From an uncultured cyanobacterium (GTDB lineage: Bacteria > Cyanobacteriota > Cyanobacteriia > PCC-9006 > JAAUQQ01), in the NCBI GenBank assembly GCA_963718615.1, contig OY970368.1, forward strand, positions 4,640,001-4,704,000: a DNA stretch of 64,000 nucleotides, written 5' to 3'. The position numbers and the translations under genes were made by a program. Below the pieces are notes generated by a model. It searched no databases. It was not told where the DNA came from and worked only from the letters and a program-made list of their open reading frames with translations. Shown here piece by piece: positions 10,065-19,307 of the stretch (the stretch's first letter is position 1; the number at the start of each line of letters is the position of its first letter).

Positions 10065-10814
10065 ATGCTTATGCTACCTCTCGTAGTGAATTTGAATTTG
10101 AGCGGCAGTGTAGGACAGGGTGGAAGAAACCATTCTCAAGATGTTCTCACTGTCAAGAATCGATTGGCTGATTTGGGTTATCCAGTTACCAGAGATGCGA
10201 TCGTCAACTCTGAAACTATTGCCATCATTAAACTATTTCAATCGATTATTAAAGGAGAGACAATAATTGTTGGAGATGGCAGAATTGACCTAAATGGTCC
10301 TACACTCAAATTTTTACAGGCGACAAATGCGCCTCAATGGTTAGAAATGCCAAAGGGAGATGCTTCTGAAGGTTTTATAAATCATGACGAACGTCAGAGA
10401 GATAATCATGATTTCGGTACAAATTGGGTGGTTGAAACCATTCAGGCTGCGGCTCAAATCTATCTGACCACTCATCTTTCTAGCCATCCAACAGCAGCCT
10501 TGATTCAAACTAATGACTTAAGTAAGCCAAAGGGAGGTTCTACACCAGTCCATGCAACTCATCAGACTGGTTTGTCATGTGATCTTCGACTACCTCGTAA
10601 AGATGGCCAAGCAGGTGGCATTGTATTCAGTGATTCTCGGTTTGATCGGGATGCAATGAGAGCAATGCTTCAAGCTATACGCAATCAAAACAAGTACAAA
10701 ATCAAGCGTATTTTCTTCAACGATCTTACATTGATTGCTGAAGGTCTCTGTAAAAATGCACCGGGTCATGACAATCATGTGCATCTTGATATCATTCCCC
10801 CTCAACCACAGTAG
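10065..10814 (+). CDS. Peptidoglycan-binding domain plus MepA-like (LAS) murein endopeptidase
   Basis: SVGQGGRN...VKNRLADLGY PG-binding region; NDLS..KGG...HATHQTGLSCD and GHDNHVH zinc motifs. Confidence 0.8.
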   Translation: MLMLPLVVNLNLSGSVGQGGRNHSQDVLTVKNRLADLGYPVTRDAIVNSETIAIIKLFQSIIKGETIIVGDGRIDLNGPTLKFLQATNAPQWLEMPKGDASEGFINHDERQRDNHDFGTNWVVETIQAAAQIYLTTHLSSHPTAALIQTNDLSKPKGGSTPVHATHQTGLSCDLRLPRKDGQAGGIVFSDSRFDRDAMRAMLQAIRNQNKYKIKRIFFNDLTLIAEGLCKNAPGHDNHVHLDIIPPQPQ

Positions 10815-10914
10815 ATGCTTATGGGAATAGGCTTTTAGAGATTTTAGCTGATTTACAACAGCATAGTGGCAACCTTTAATTTGTTCTGTAATTACTCTGA
10901 TAGGAGTCAAATCA

Positions 10915-12588
10915 ATGGCACTTCTTTCTCTTGGTTCATCCGGTACTGAAGTTCGTAAGTTACAGGAAAAACTCATTAAATTAGGTTTTTTGAGTTCAGC
11001 AGCTTCAGGGAGTTTTGATGCAACGACAGAATCCGCAGTTAAAGATTTTCAAACTCAGCATCCGTGGTTACTGACGGATGGTGTTGTCGGGCCGATGACG
11101 TTGGGTGAGATTGGTGATTCGATTTCAGTGCTTGATGGACAAGTTGCCTTGAAAGCATTTGCTGCGGGTTCCGCTTCTCTAGATATGGCATCCCTCAGGG
11201 CGAACTCCCTATTAAGTTTGGCAATTCAGAGACGGTTACGAGGGTTAGGTTTATACCCAGGTGGAAAATTGATTGATGGTGATTTCGGACAAAATAGTCA
11301 AGCAGCACTCGAGAATTTTTGTGATAAAGTCGCCCCTCCAGTTACTTCGCCCTTGCAACTGACTCCTTCAATCGCAGATAAGCTATTAACCACTCAGCAA
11401 ATTTCCTCAGTCTTGGATAATGTGCAAAATACTAGTGTTATTGCAACAATATTCAAAGACTTTCAGAAGGCGGTTGGAGCCAATGATGCCAAACTGGGAT
11501 TCCTAGACATGGGGGCACAACAATCTCCATTTAAGGAAACGATCTATCGTGGTAAAGATTTTTTAGCGGCAACAAAGTCAGCAGGAATCCAGAGTAGCTC
11601 GCCTGGGATACTCAGCTTTTCTAGTTATCCGAATATTGGAACTGCACCAACGATTGCCGCTAGCAGTTTAAATTTCTTAGGGTCTGACATTACAGAAGCC
11701 TGTTTGTGTGTGGGGCATTTCGATGGGGGGCAGCTAACCACAAGCTGGTTGGGCAAAGAAGCACTTGATCTGGTTGAGTGTTGGAGCGCCAGTAAAATCA
11801 TCCCCATGCTGAATGTTCTGTGTAAAGTGGGAGATCGAGTTCCCAGCGATCCGAGCGACTTGATTCTGAAGAATACAGGCAGTACGGGACGACAATTTGA
11901 ACTTTCTAATGCACTAGTTGATATCTGTTCCTATAGAGTGGATGTTTCTCACTCCAATGCTTTGTCTGCAACTTTGAATTCTTTTGAAAGTAATCGACCA
12001 AGATGGATCAAAAATCAAACTGGTAATGCCAAGGCAATTCAGTTTGGTGGAAAATATGGGATTACGGCAACAATTGGAGTGCCAGAAATTCGTGATCGTT
12101 CCAGCAACAGCCAAATCTTAAGTTTTCAATCGACTGCTACTGGAGGGAATTTAATTTCTGCTTATGACTTAACAAGGTTTATTTCCTTGGTCGGGTGGCA
12201 CGGACTACTATCTAATACGCAGAAATTACCTGGTATTTCAGATCGAGGTCTCGATCAAGCCGTCATTGCGTTCGGTACCGATACTGCACGATATGTGGAT
12301 ACAGCAATTTCAACACTTGGTCTTGAAAATGTGGTGGATTCCCTTGTTGTTCTTTCTAAATTGGGCTTTGGCCCCTCCCCGACCCGTGGTGTAACAGAGT
12401 TGGTTTATACCGCATTTGCTCAATTTGTTGACAAACAAGATCCAATAAATCAAAAGCTCAGAAGTTTTTCTTTAACATTGCGTAGCAGTAAACCTTCAGT
12501 AAACGGTGTAGGGATTAAATTAGATACGGCGATAGCTACCGCTGTTACAGAAATTGTTCGGCGGATTGTAACCGAAGATTTTTCTTAA
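10915..12588 (+). CDS. Two PG-binding domains plus beta-lactamase/DD-peptidase-like SxxK domain
   Basis: LSLGSSGTEVRKLQEKL...DGVVGPMT; DGDFGQNS; WSASK and SKLG motifs. Confidence 0.65.
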   Translation: MALLSLGSSGTEVRKLQEKLIKLGFLSSAASGSFDATTESAVKDFQTQHPWLLTDGVVGPMTLGEIGDSISVLDGQVALKAFAAGSASLDMASLRANSLLSLAIQRRLRGLGLYPGGKLIDGDFGQNSQAALENFCDKVAPPVTSPLQLTPSIADKLLTTQQISSVLDNVQNTSVIATIFKDFQKAVGANDAKLGFLDMGAQQSPFKETIYRGKDFLAATKSAGIQSSSPGILSFSSYPNIGTAPTIAASSLNFLGSDITEACLCVGHFDGGQLTTSWLGKEALDLVECWSASKIIPMLNVLCKVGDRVPSDPSDLILKNTGSTGRQFELSNALVDICSYRVDVSHSNALSATLNSFESNRPRWIKNQTGNAKAIQFGGKYGITATIGVPEIRDRSSNSQILSFQSTATGGNLISAYDLTRFISLVGWHGLLSNTQKLPGISDRGLDQAVIAFGTDTARYVDTAISTLGLENVVDSLVVLSKLGFGPSPTRGVTELVYTAFAQFVDKQDPINQKLRSFSLTLRSSKPSVNGVGIKLDTAIATAVTEIVRRIVTEDFS

Positions 12589-12615
12589 TTAAAGATAACT
12601 GGAGGATGTAAGGCG

Positions 12616-13542
12616 ATGAATTTTAGAGTGATTTCGGCAGGGCTTAATATCCGTTTATCTGGAGTTGTGGAACCCAACAACATCATTACAGTATTACCTC
12701 AGAATCAAATCGTTACGCGAATTGGTAATGAATCTGACAGTGATAGGTGGTGGCAAGTGAGAACTACTTTAATGGGGCGTATTATTGAGGGATTCGTGAA
12801 CAAATCCTTCCTAGCTAGCCTTCTACAAACAACTGAAAAAGTTTTGTGGGTTGTGAACTATCCTAGCTTAGAGTGGTTTATAGACCGTGCAACCTTTATT
12901 AAAGCAACAGCTGTTGCAATCCGAACAGATAACGATATGGAAACTGCCATTTCTGCTTTTCATGCTAAAGGCATTAAGGTCTACGGTTGGCGCTGGCCTT
13001 CTGCACAGCGAGATCGTGCTTTAAAGGAAGCGAACAGAGTAGTTGAACTATTGAGTAGAGGCTTAGATGGATATTATGTAGATCCTGAAGGTGAAGAAGG
13101 AAAGCATTATGATTGGGATCAACCTGATTTAGAGACAACAGCTGAAGAGTTTTGCCAGAAAATTACGATAGCTTCACCTGGTAAACCATTTGGGACAACA
13201 TCCCACTTTAGAGGAGAAAAAGTATTTAGCAAATTGCCCTGGAAGGTCTTCATAAAATACTCTAATGTATTACTACCACAAGCTTACTGGCGGGTTAAGC
13301 AAGGAACAGTCAGTGGCGGCAATCCGCAGAAAAACTATCTTACAGCGATTGATGAATGGCAATCGATTGGTGGATCTAGAAATTTAATAGTCCCAATGGC
13401 TGGAGAGCTTGAACATGTCAATGGAGCAGAAATTGAGAGTTATGCAGAAGTCGCGAAAGCGCAAGGAGTAAGTAGTCTACATTTCTATACAGCAACAAAG
13501 ACTACGAAATCGGAAGTTTGGAAGGCAGTCGCAAACTTGTAA
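12616..13542 (+). CDS. SH3b domain plus putative TIM-barrel glycoside hydrolase
   Basis: N-terminal LNIR...WWQV...EGFV; GIKVYGW, DGYYVDPE and LLPQAYW motifs. Confidence 0.6.
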   Translation: MNFRVISAGLNIRLSGVVEPNNIITVLPQNQIVTRIGNESDSDRWWQVRTTLMGRIIEGFVNKSFLASLLQTTEKVLWVVNYPSLEWFIDRATFIKATAVAIRTDNDMETAISAFHAKGIKVYGWRWPSAQRDRALKEANRVVELLSRGLDGYYVDPEGEEGKHYDWDQPDLETTAEEFCQKITIASPGKPFGTTSHFRGEKVFSKLPWKVFIKYSNVLLPQAYWRVKQGTVSGGNPQKNYLTAIDEWQSIGGSRNLIVPMAGELEHVNGAEIESYAEVAKAQGVSSLHFYTATKTTKSEVWKAVANL

Positions 13543-13598
13543 ATTACATAGTAACAACGGTCTTAATTCATCTATAGAAAATCAAGAGGTATTCAGGA

Positions 13599-14369
13599 AT
13601 GGTCACTTTAAAAGTTAAGCCAGAAAGTTTAAATCTGCGCAAGGCTCCAGAAATTAAGGATGGAAATATTATTGCCTCACTACCAATGGCACAGGAAGTG
13701 GAAACATTGACAAATAATCCTTCTGATCGTTTCTGGCAAGTCAAAACCCAAGTTAATGGATCGACGCTAGAAGGTTTTGTTAGTGCGGCTTTTTTGAGAG
13801 TACCTGTTAGTCTTGCTAAAGAGAAACTTATTAGTTCATCTGTAAAAGAGTGGCTAAGATTTTCTCGTGGCAATAAGCTGGAATTTGAGGATCCTCAATA
13901 CAAGTACGTTGGAGAATACTGGACTAGCATTGGTTTGAATTTCGATGGTAAAGATCGAGACCAACCTTGGTCAGCAGCATTTATTTCCTTTGTTGCTCGT
14001 GCTGCTGGTTATAGTGAATTTAAATTTGCACCTGCTCACTCAACCTATGTCTATGATGCAGTGGACAAAAGGCAGAGGAATATCACAACAGCACCTTTTT
14101 GGGCTTTTGATGTTAATGATCATAAACCTCAGCTAGGTGATCTAGTTTGCCGAACACGTGATGGGGTTAGTATTGCTTCGATAGCTAATTTACCCAGAGG
14201 AGGCTTTAAGAGTCACTGTGACATTATTGTCGAAATTCAAGATTCAGAAGTACGAACATTAGGCGGTAATGTTAGTCAATCTGTTTCAATCACGTCATAT
14301 CCATTGGATGATGATGGTTTCTTGAGAAAAGTGAATAATGTATATGGAATTTTGAAAAATAATCTATAA
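13599..14369 (+). CDS. SH3b domain plus DUF2272 (CHAP-like) protein
   Basis: PWSAAFISF, PQLGDLVC, SHCDIIV and GGNVSQSV motifs. Confidence 0.8.
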   Translation: MVTLKVKPESLNLRKAPEIKDGNIIASLPMAQEVETLTNNPSDRFWQVKTQVNGSTLEGFVSAAFLRVPVSLAKEKLISSSVKEWLRFSRGNKLEFEDPQYKYVGEYWTSIGLNFDGKDRDQPWSAAFISFVARAAGYSEFKFAPAHSTYVYDAVDKRQRNITTAPFWAFDVNDHKPQLGDLVCRTRDGVSIASIANLPRGGFKSHCDIIVEIQDSEVRTLGGNVSQSVSITSYPLDDDGFLRKVNNVYGILKNNL

Positions 14370-14945
14370 ACGATCTGGATCAAAAACATGGAACTTTATG
14401 TAGTTCAAGCGACCAGCCTTAATGTTCGTTCATTGCCTAAAGTAGAGGAGAATAATAAAATTGCATCTATTCCTCAAAATCATGTGGTCTCCAAACTTAA
14501 CACCACTGAAGGAGATGCTTGGTGGAAAATTTTAACTATCAAAGATGGGCAACCCTTGGAAGGTTATGTCGCAAGTCGATTTCTAGAAGCAGCACCTAAG
14601 CGAATTCGAGCGATTGGCTGGTTTAAGGAACAGTTTCGAGATCAGATAAATGCTGCCATTTCAGGCACTCCCTTTAGCTTGGATCTATTAGTTGCGATCG
14701 CGATGCAAGAAACGTATTACATTTGGGGAAATGTGTATAGCACGAGCTCGCTTAATGAGGTACTGAAACTCTGTACTGGAGATACTCTAGATGCTCCCAA
14801 TCGATCTGCATTTCCAAAAAATAAAGTAGAATTATTAGCTCGCGAAAAGGGAGATGAGATGTTTGCGATCGCTCGTGAAGCCTTGGAAGCAGTTGCTAAC
14901 TTTGTTCCTTCGTTTAAGCGTGTAGCAGATTCTTCTCCAAATAAG

Positions 14946-15850
14946 GGTAGTGCTTTTATGTAAAGGATAAAGAAAAACAGAGTGAAGCAGTTGTAGTCAA
15001 TAGGAGCTGAAGATAAAGGGAAAGAAGGGAAAACTGTTGTAGAAACGAGGAGCGGTTGTAGGAGAAAGGAAAAGATGACCATAGAACGTACTTGCCCGAC
15101 CTGTGGCTCCCACGACATTTCCAAGAACGGCACAACCCGCCGAGGCAAACAAAACTACAAATGCCGAGACTGCAACCGACAGTTTGTCGAAGACCCCCAG
15201 TGGAAGCCGAAAGACAAAGACACCCAGAGTTTGATAGACCTGCTGCTGCTAGAGAAAATTCCCCTGGCAGGGATTGCTAGAGCAACGGGCGTTTCGAGTA
15301 GCTGGCTGCAAGATTACGTCAATGAACACTATAAGGCGGTGCCCCAAAAGGCAGAGGTACTGCCCAAAGCGAAAGGAAGGCTGAGGGTGCAAATGGATGA
15401 GCTATGGTCCTTTGTGGACCATAAGGGCAACAAGCAATGGGTCTGGATAGCTTTGGATGCGAACACCCGAGAGGTGATTGGCTGCCACATCGGCGACCGC
15501 TCCCGAGCATCAGCCGTGGCGTTATGGCAATCCTTACCGTCGGTGTATCGGCAATGCGCCACGGTCTATACGGATTTTTGGGAAGCCTACGAGAGTGTGA
15601 TTCCAGCGCAGCGTCATCGTGCCGTCAGCAAAGACAGTGGGTTGACGAGCTACATCGAAAGGTTCAACAACACCCTGAGGCAGAGGGTTTCGCGCCTAGT
15701 GAGAAAAACCTTGTCTTTCTCCAAGAAGCTGGACAACCATATCGGTGCAATTTGGAATTTCATTCATGAGTACAACCGTCTAATCAGAGAAAAGATGCTG
15801 AACAACCAGCCCAATGATATTTTCTCCATCCTTTACTAAAGGGGACTACC
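14946..15850 (+). mobile_element. IS1-family insertion sequence
   Basis: TIRs GGTAGTGCTTTTATGTAAAGGA / TCCTTTACTAAAGGGGACTACC; 8-bp TSD CAAATAAG (14938-14945, 15851-15858). Confidence 0.92.
15075..15839 (+). CDS. IS1-family transposase (fused InsA-InsB)
   Basis: Zn ribbon CPTC...CRDC; DELWSFV, YTDFW and IERFNNTLRQR. Confidence 0.95.
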   Translation: MTIERTCPTCGSHDISKNGTTRRGKQNYKCRDCNRQFVEDPQWKPKDKDTQSLIDLLLLEKIPLAGIARATGVSSSWLQDYVNEHYKAVPQKAEVLPKAKGRLRVQMDELWSFVDHKGNKQWVWIALDANTREVIGCHIGDRSRASAVALWQSLPSVYRQCATVYTDFWEAYESVIPAQRHRAVSKDSGLTSYIERFNNTLRQRVSRLVRKTLSFSKKLDNHIGAIWNFIHEYNRLIREKMLNNQPNDIFSILY

Positions 15851-16234
15851 CAAATAAGTTCTGCCGAGGTTATGGCATCTTTCAACTCGACTTGCAGTTC
15901 TTCAAGAACAACCCTGATTATTTTCTTCAAAAGAAGTGGTACAGCTTTGATGAGTGCCTCGCTCAGTGTGTTAACGAACTAAAAGCAGCCATGAGACGCG
16001 CTTATGGTAGCGGTAAAACGGCATTAACCGATGAAGAAAAAGTCTATGCCGCGATCGCCTACAACCAAGGGAGTGTAGACTTCTCCAAAAAGTTTAAGCA
16101 GGGTTTTCGAGATCAAAGTGGCAAGTATTATGGTGAGTACATTTGGGAATATCTACAGCTTGCTAAGTCGGTACCTTAAGTCTTGATGTGTATAAAGTAA
16201 CCCATGAGCTATCGCGGTCCAATCGGGATAGGGA

Positions 16235-16456
16235 GTGCGATTCGTTGCAGACGAATAACGGTGCAAGCCTGTAAATAACTCTGCCAGCTTGGCTTCCAAA
16301 GATGAAGCACTCCAAAGAGCTGAACTGTCCTAATGATGAGGGTGAAAGCCCCTTCCATCAAACTCGGATGTGACTCCTGATCTGCCCACGATGACCCGAC
16401 TCGGAATTCGGGAAGTCGAAGCTGGGAGCAGGGCGCAATCAGACACTCATAGCAAG
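16235..16456 (+). mobile_element. Group II intron 5' (domain I) fragment, copy 1
   Basis: Begins GTGCGATTCGTT and contains GGTGCAAGCC and GAGGGTGAAAGCCCC; closely similar to 26554-26775; no RT ORF or domain V. Confidence 0.55.
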
Positions 16457-16620
16457 GGACGGAGAAGAACGATGCCACGCTAGAGGAACGAGGAGAGCAA
16501 CTGCACCAGACAACCGGAGTGCTGGTTGGGCGTACAACAGTAGACCGTATGGTGAAGAAGCTAGGATATACCGTCAAAAAAACACTACACGCGACAGAGA
16601 AAGCGAGTGAACGAGTCTAA
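16457..16620 (+). pseudogene. IS630-family transposase fragment
   Basis: EKNDATLEE...TVDRMVKKLGYTVKK, then TLHATEKASERV across an A-run. Confidence 0.75.
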
Positions 16621-16882
16621 TTCTTCTAATTTCACTCTATTAAATGCTGCCTCTAACGAAACATGGACTGGCAGTTGTAATTGGAGAGGTATTGGTGTTC
16701 AAATAAATGGTAGCTCAAGCATAACATTCGTGATTTGGTTATTTTTAGAGGTGCTTCTACTATTTCGCTGAAAGCTCATAACCCCCCCAAAATCTTTGTG
16801 CAATTCTGCATCACCCTCTTTTGCCCTGTTAAGAAAGAGTGATGCTATCCTTAGTGATAAAAGCCTTCGAGGATAGAATACA

Positions 16883-17092
16883 ATGAAAAGTCGTAGCTTC
16901 ACAGTCATTCTTCACAAAGAAGATGACATGTACATTGCTGAATGTCCAGAAGTTGGGACGGTTGATCAGGGGGAAACGATCGAGCAGGCGATCGCGGGTT
17001 TGAAAGAGGCAACGCGGCTCTACTTAGAAGAATTTCCCCTCCCTGAAACATCTCCTAGACTTGTAACCAGCATTGAGGTCAGCTATGCCTAA
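16883..17092 (+). CDS. hicB: HicB-family antitoxin
   Basis: YIAECPEVGTVDQGETIEQAIAGLKEATRLYLE. Confidence 0.9.
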   Translation: MKSRSFTVILHKEDDMYIAECPEVGTVDQGETIEQAIAGLKEATRLYLEEFPLPETSPRLVTSIEVSYA

Positions 17093-17312
17093 GATGCCAC
17101 GGGTCTCAAGCAGAGAAGCGATTCAGGCACTTGAGCGATTAGGGTTCGAGCAAGTTCGTCAAACAGGCAGTCATATTGTGATGAAGAAAGAAACTAAAGA
17201 GGGCAAAATTGGCTGCGTTGTGCCTATGCATCGGGAATTGAAGGTTGGTACGTTGAGCGGCGTTCTCAAGCAAGCGCAAGTCACAGTCGAAGAGTTCATT
17301 GAGAGTCTATGA
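17085..17312 (+). CDS. hicA: HicA-family mRNA interferase toxin
   Basis: ALERLGFEQVRQTGSH...VVPMHRELKVGTLSGVLKQA; overlaps the hicB stop. Confidence 0.9.
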   Translation: MPKMPRVSSREAIQALERLGFEQVRQTGSHIVMKKETKEGKIGCVVPMHRELKVGTLSGVLKQAQVTVEEFIESL

Positions 17313-17579
17313 GGTCTTATCCCTGAACCTTCATCCAGAGGTTCCGACTTGAAAGCAATCCTTAAACCCAGGGCTCATTTTTAGGAAACCCACTGAAGGG
17401 GTTCAGTCGCGCTGATCTGCTCAAAGACCCTGGCTGGGAGCTGGCTTGAGTTCCTTTCGTGAAGGGTTTAGATTAGCCTGGGGTTTTCAACCTCGGGCGA
17501 TCGTGAGGTGCAATTCGTCAATCTTGATGCCGTCTGACTGATGTCGAACTCACGTTAACTCAGAAATCGGCCCATACAA

Positions 17580-18659
17580 TTGGGGGCGGGGTTGTGGGGC
17601 AAGGGGTTGCTGTTGGCGGAGGGGGAGCGGTTTTCGTTGCACCCGTTGGTGAAGGAGTTGGTGGTGGCACGGTTGCCGCAGCAATTGCAGCAGCAGGCCC
17701 ATGAACGGGCGATTGACTACTACAGCGCTCATTTCCAAGCCTGGGATGGAACGATCGAGAGCTGCCAAGCGGAGCTAGAGGGCTTTTATCATGCCTGGGA
17801 GCTGGGGCAGTATGGGCGGGCCAAGGGGATGCTCGATCGCTGCGTTAATCAGCTCGATCGCGCAGGCTACTGGCGGGAGCTGCGAGGGCTGTATGAGCAA
17901 CTCACCACGACCTGGCAGCCTGAGGACGACGACGCGACCCAAAACCTCGGCTGGGCTTGGACAAGGTTGGGGAATTTGCAGCGGCGGTTGGGGGACGTGG
18001 CGCAATCCATCGACAGCCACCACCAAGCCCAGGCCCTGTTCGATCGCCTAGACTTCGCCCCAGGCAAAGCCGCCGCCCTCAGCGGTCTCGGCCTTGCGTA
18101 CGACTCCCTCGGGGACTATCAACGGGCGATCGACTTCCATTCTCAGAACCGGGAACTGGCGGAGGCAATCGGCGATAAACGTGGCATTGCGAATTCCCTC
18201 GGCAATCTCGGCAATGCGTACTACTCCCTCGGGGACTATCAACGGGCGATCGACCTCTATTCTCAGCACCGGGAACTGGCCGAGGCGATCGGCGATCGAA
18301 ACGGAGCAGCGAGGTCTTACTTCAACCTCGCCCAAGCCCAAGCCAAACTCGACGACCACTGGGCCGCCAAACAAAACCTCGAACAAGCCAAAGCCATCTT
18401 CACCGCCCTCAAACTCGATCACATGATCGAGAAATGCGACCAAGCCATCCGCGAACGCAACCAAATCATCGCCGCCACCCCTCGCCGCGTCCCCACCCTC
18501 GGCGAACCCGCCGAACCCGCCCTCCCCGACTAGTGGGAAAAATCCCTCCCCGCCAACGAAAATAAACCACGCCCCTCCTCCTCCAGCAAAACTCCAGTGT
18601 GGTTCTGGTTCGTCGTCGGCATTGGGATTGTAGCTTTGGTGTGGTGGCTAAAGCGCTAG
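17580..18659 (+). pseudogene. NLR C-terminal half: winged helix, TPR array, membrane anchor behind an in-frame TAG
   Basis: FSLHPLVKE (WHD); 40-aa TPRs GNLGNAYYSLGDYQRAID; after TAG at 18531 the frame continues WEKSLP...VWFWFVVGIGIVALVWWLKR* to 18659. Confidence 0.8.
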
Positions 18660-18759
18660 AGACACCAGCCCAATCTCCGAGCCTCCCCTCCACAAAGCTA
18701 AAATAGAGCCACCCACACCCGAGCCCCCATCGTGACACCCCTACAACCTCCCATGAGCC

Positions 18760-18888
18760 ATGCCCTCCAAAGATGTCATCCACGATCCAGTTAAGCGATC
18801 GATCCAAACCGCAGGCTGGCAAATCACAGATGATCCCTATGTCATCTCCTACGGGGAACGTTTTCTCTTCATGAACAATGCGAAATAA
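18760..18888 (+). pseudogene. xisH: XisH-family fragment
   Basis: MPSKDVIHDPVKRSIQTAGWQITDDPY, truncated at 42 aa; upstream of XisI. Confidence 0.75.
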
Positions 18889-18892
18889 AACA

Positions 18893-19213
18893 ATGGATAC
18901 CCAAACCCTCCGAACTGCCATCAAGCAAGTCCTAAATCAATACGCTCGATACGTGCCCTCCCACGGAAAAATCCGCCTCGAAACCGTCTTTGATACCGAG
19001 CAAGATCGCTACGCCCTCATGCAAACCGGTTGGAGCCAAAAGCATCGCATTCGAGGCAACCTGATTTACATCACGCTTCAAGACGATAACGTAATCATCG
19101 AGTACGACGGAACCGAACAAGGCATCAGCGATGATCTCCTCGCCTGTGGCATCCCTTCAGAAAAAATCATCTTTGCGTTCCTGGTCGAAGAACCCCTCGC
19201 CCTTGTTGGCTAA
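18893..19213 (+). CDS. xisI: XisI-family protein
   Basis: VFDTEQDRYALMQTGW...IEYDGTEQGISDDLLACGIPSEKIIFAF. Confidence 0.9.
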   Translation: MDTQTLRTAIKQVLNQYARYVPSHGKIRLETVFDTEQDRYALMQTGWSQKHRIRGNLIYITLQDDNVIIEYDGTEQGISDDLLACGIPSEKIIFAFLVEEPLALVG

Positions 19214-19307
19214 ACCCCAAGCCCCGGCCTCACCCTGCTCATCGCCTGGCTGCGGCGCTAATCCACCCCCTAAAATAGAACCACCCCAAGCATTCGAGGT
19301 CACAAAC

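Larger units (their letters stand above)
14388..16179 (+). pseudogene. SH3b plus lysozyme/lytic-transglycosylase-like protein interrupted by IS1
   Basis: Removing the IS (14946-15850) and one TSD copy joins ...DSSPNK|FCRGYGIFQLD in frame (292 aa); motifs AIAMQET, GYGIFQ, AIAYNQG. Confidence 0.85.

Noticed and set aside
10065-16179. Prophage lysis module
   Set aside because: No holin, spanin, structural or replication genes nearby; flanked by attC-type features instead.
16209-16577. Minus-strand ORFs with CLIAPCSQLR... also seen at 26591-26899
   Set aside because: Similarity comes from the noncoding intron-like repeat; frames and ends are not conserved between copies.
17360-17500. REP-like palindromes or an additional attC after hicA
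   Set aside because: Only weak inverted symmetry, with no RYYYAAC/GTTRRRY boxes and no RAYT gene.
18760-19213. fdxN excision element
   Set aside because: xisH is truncated and there is no XisF recombinase or nif gene; stand-alone xisH/xisI pairs are common in cyanobacteria.
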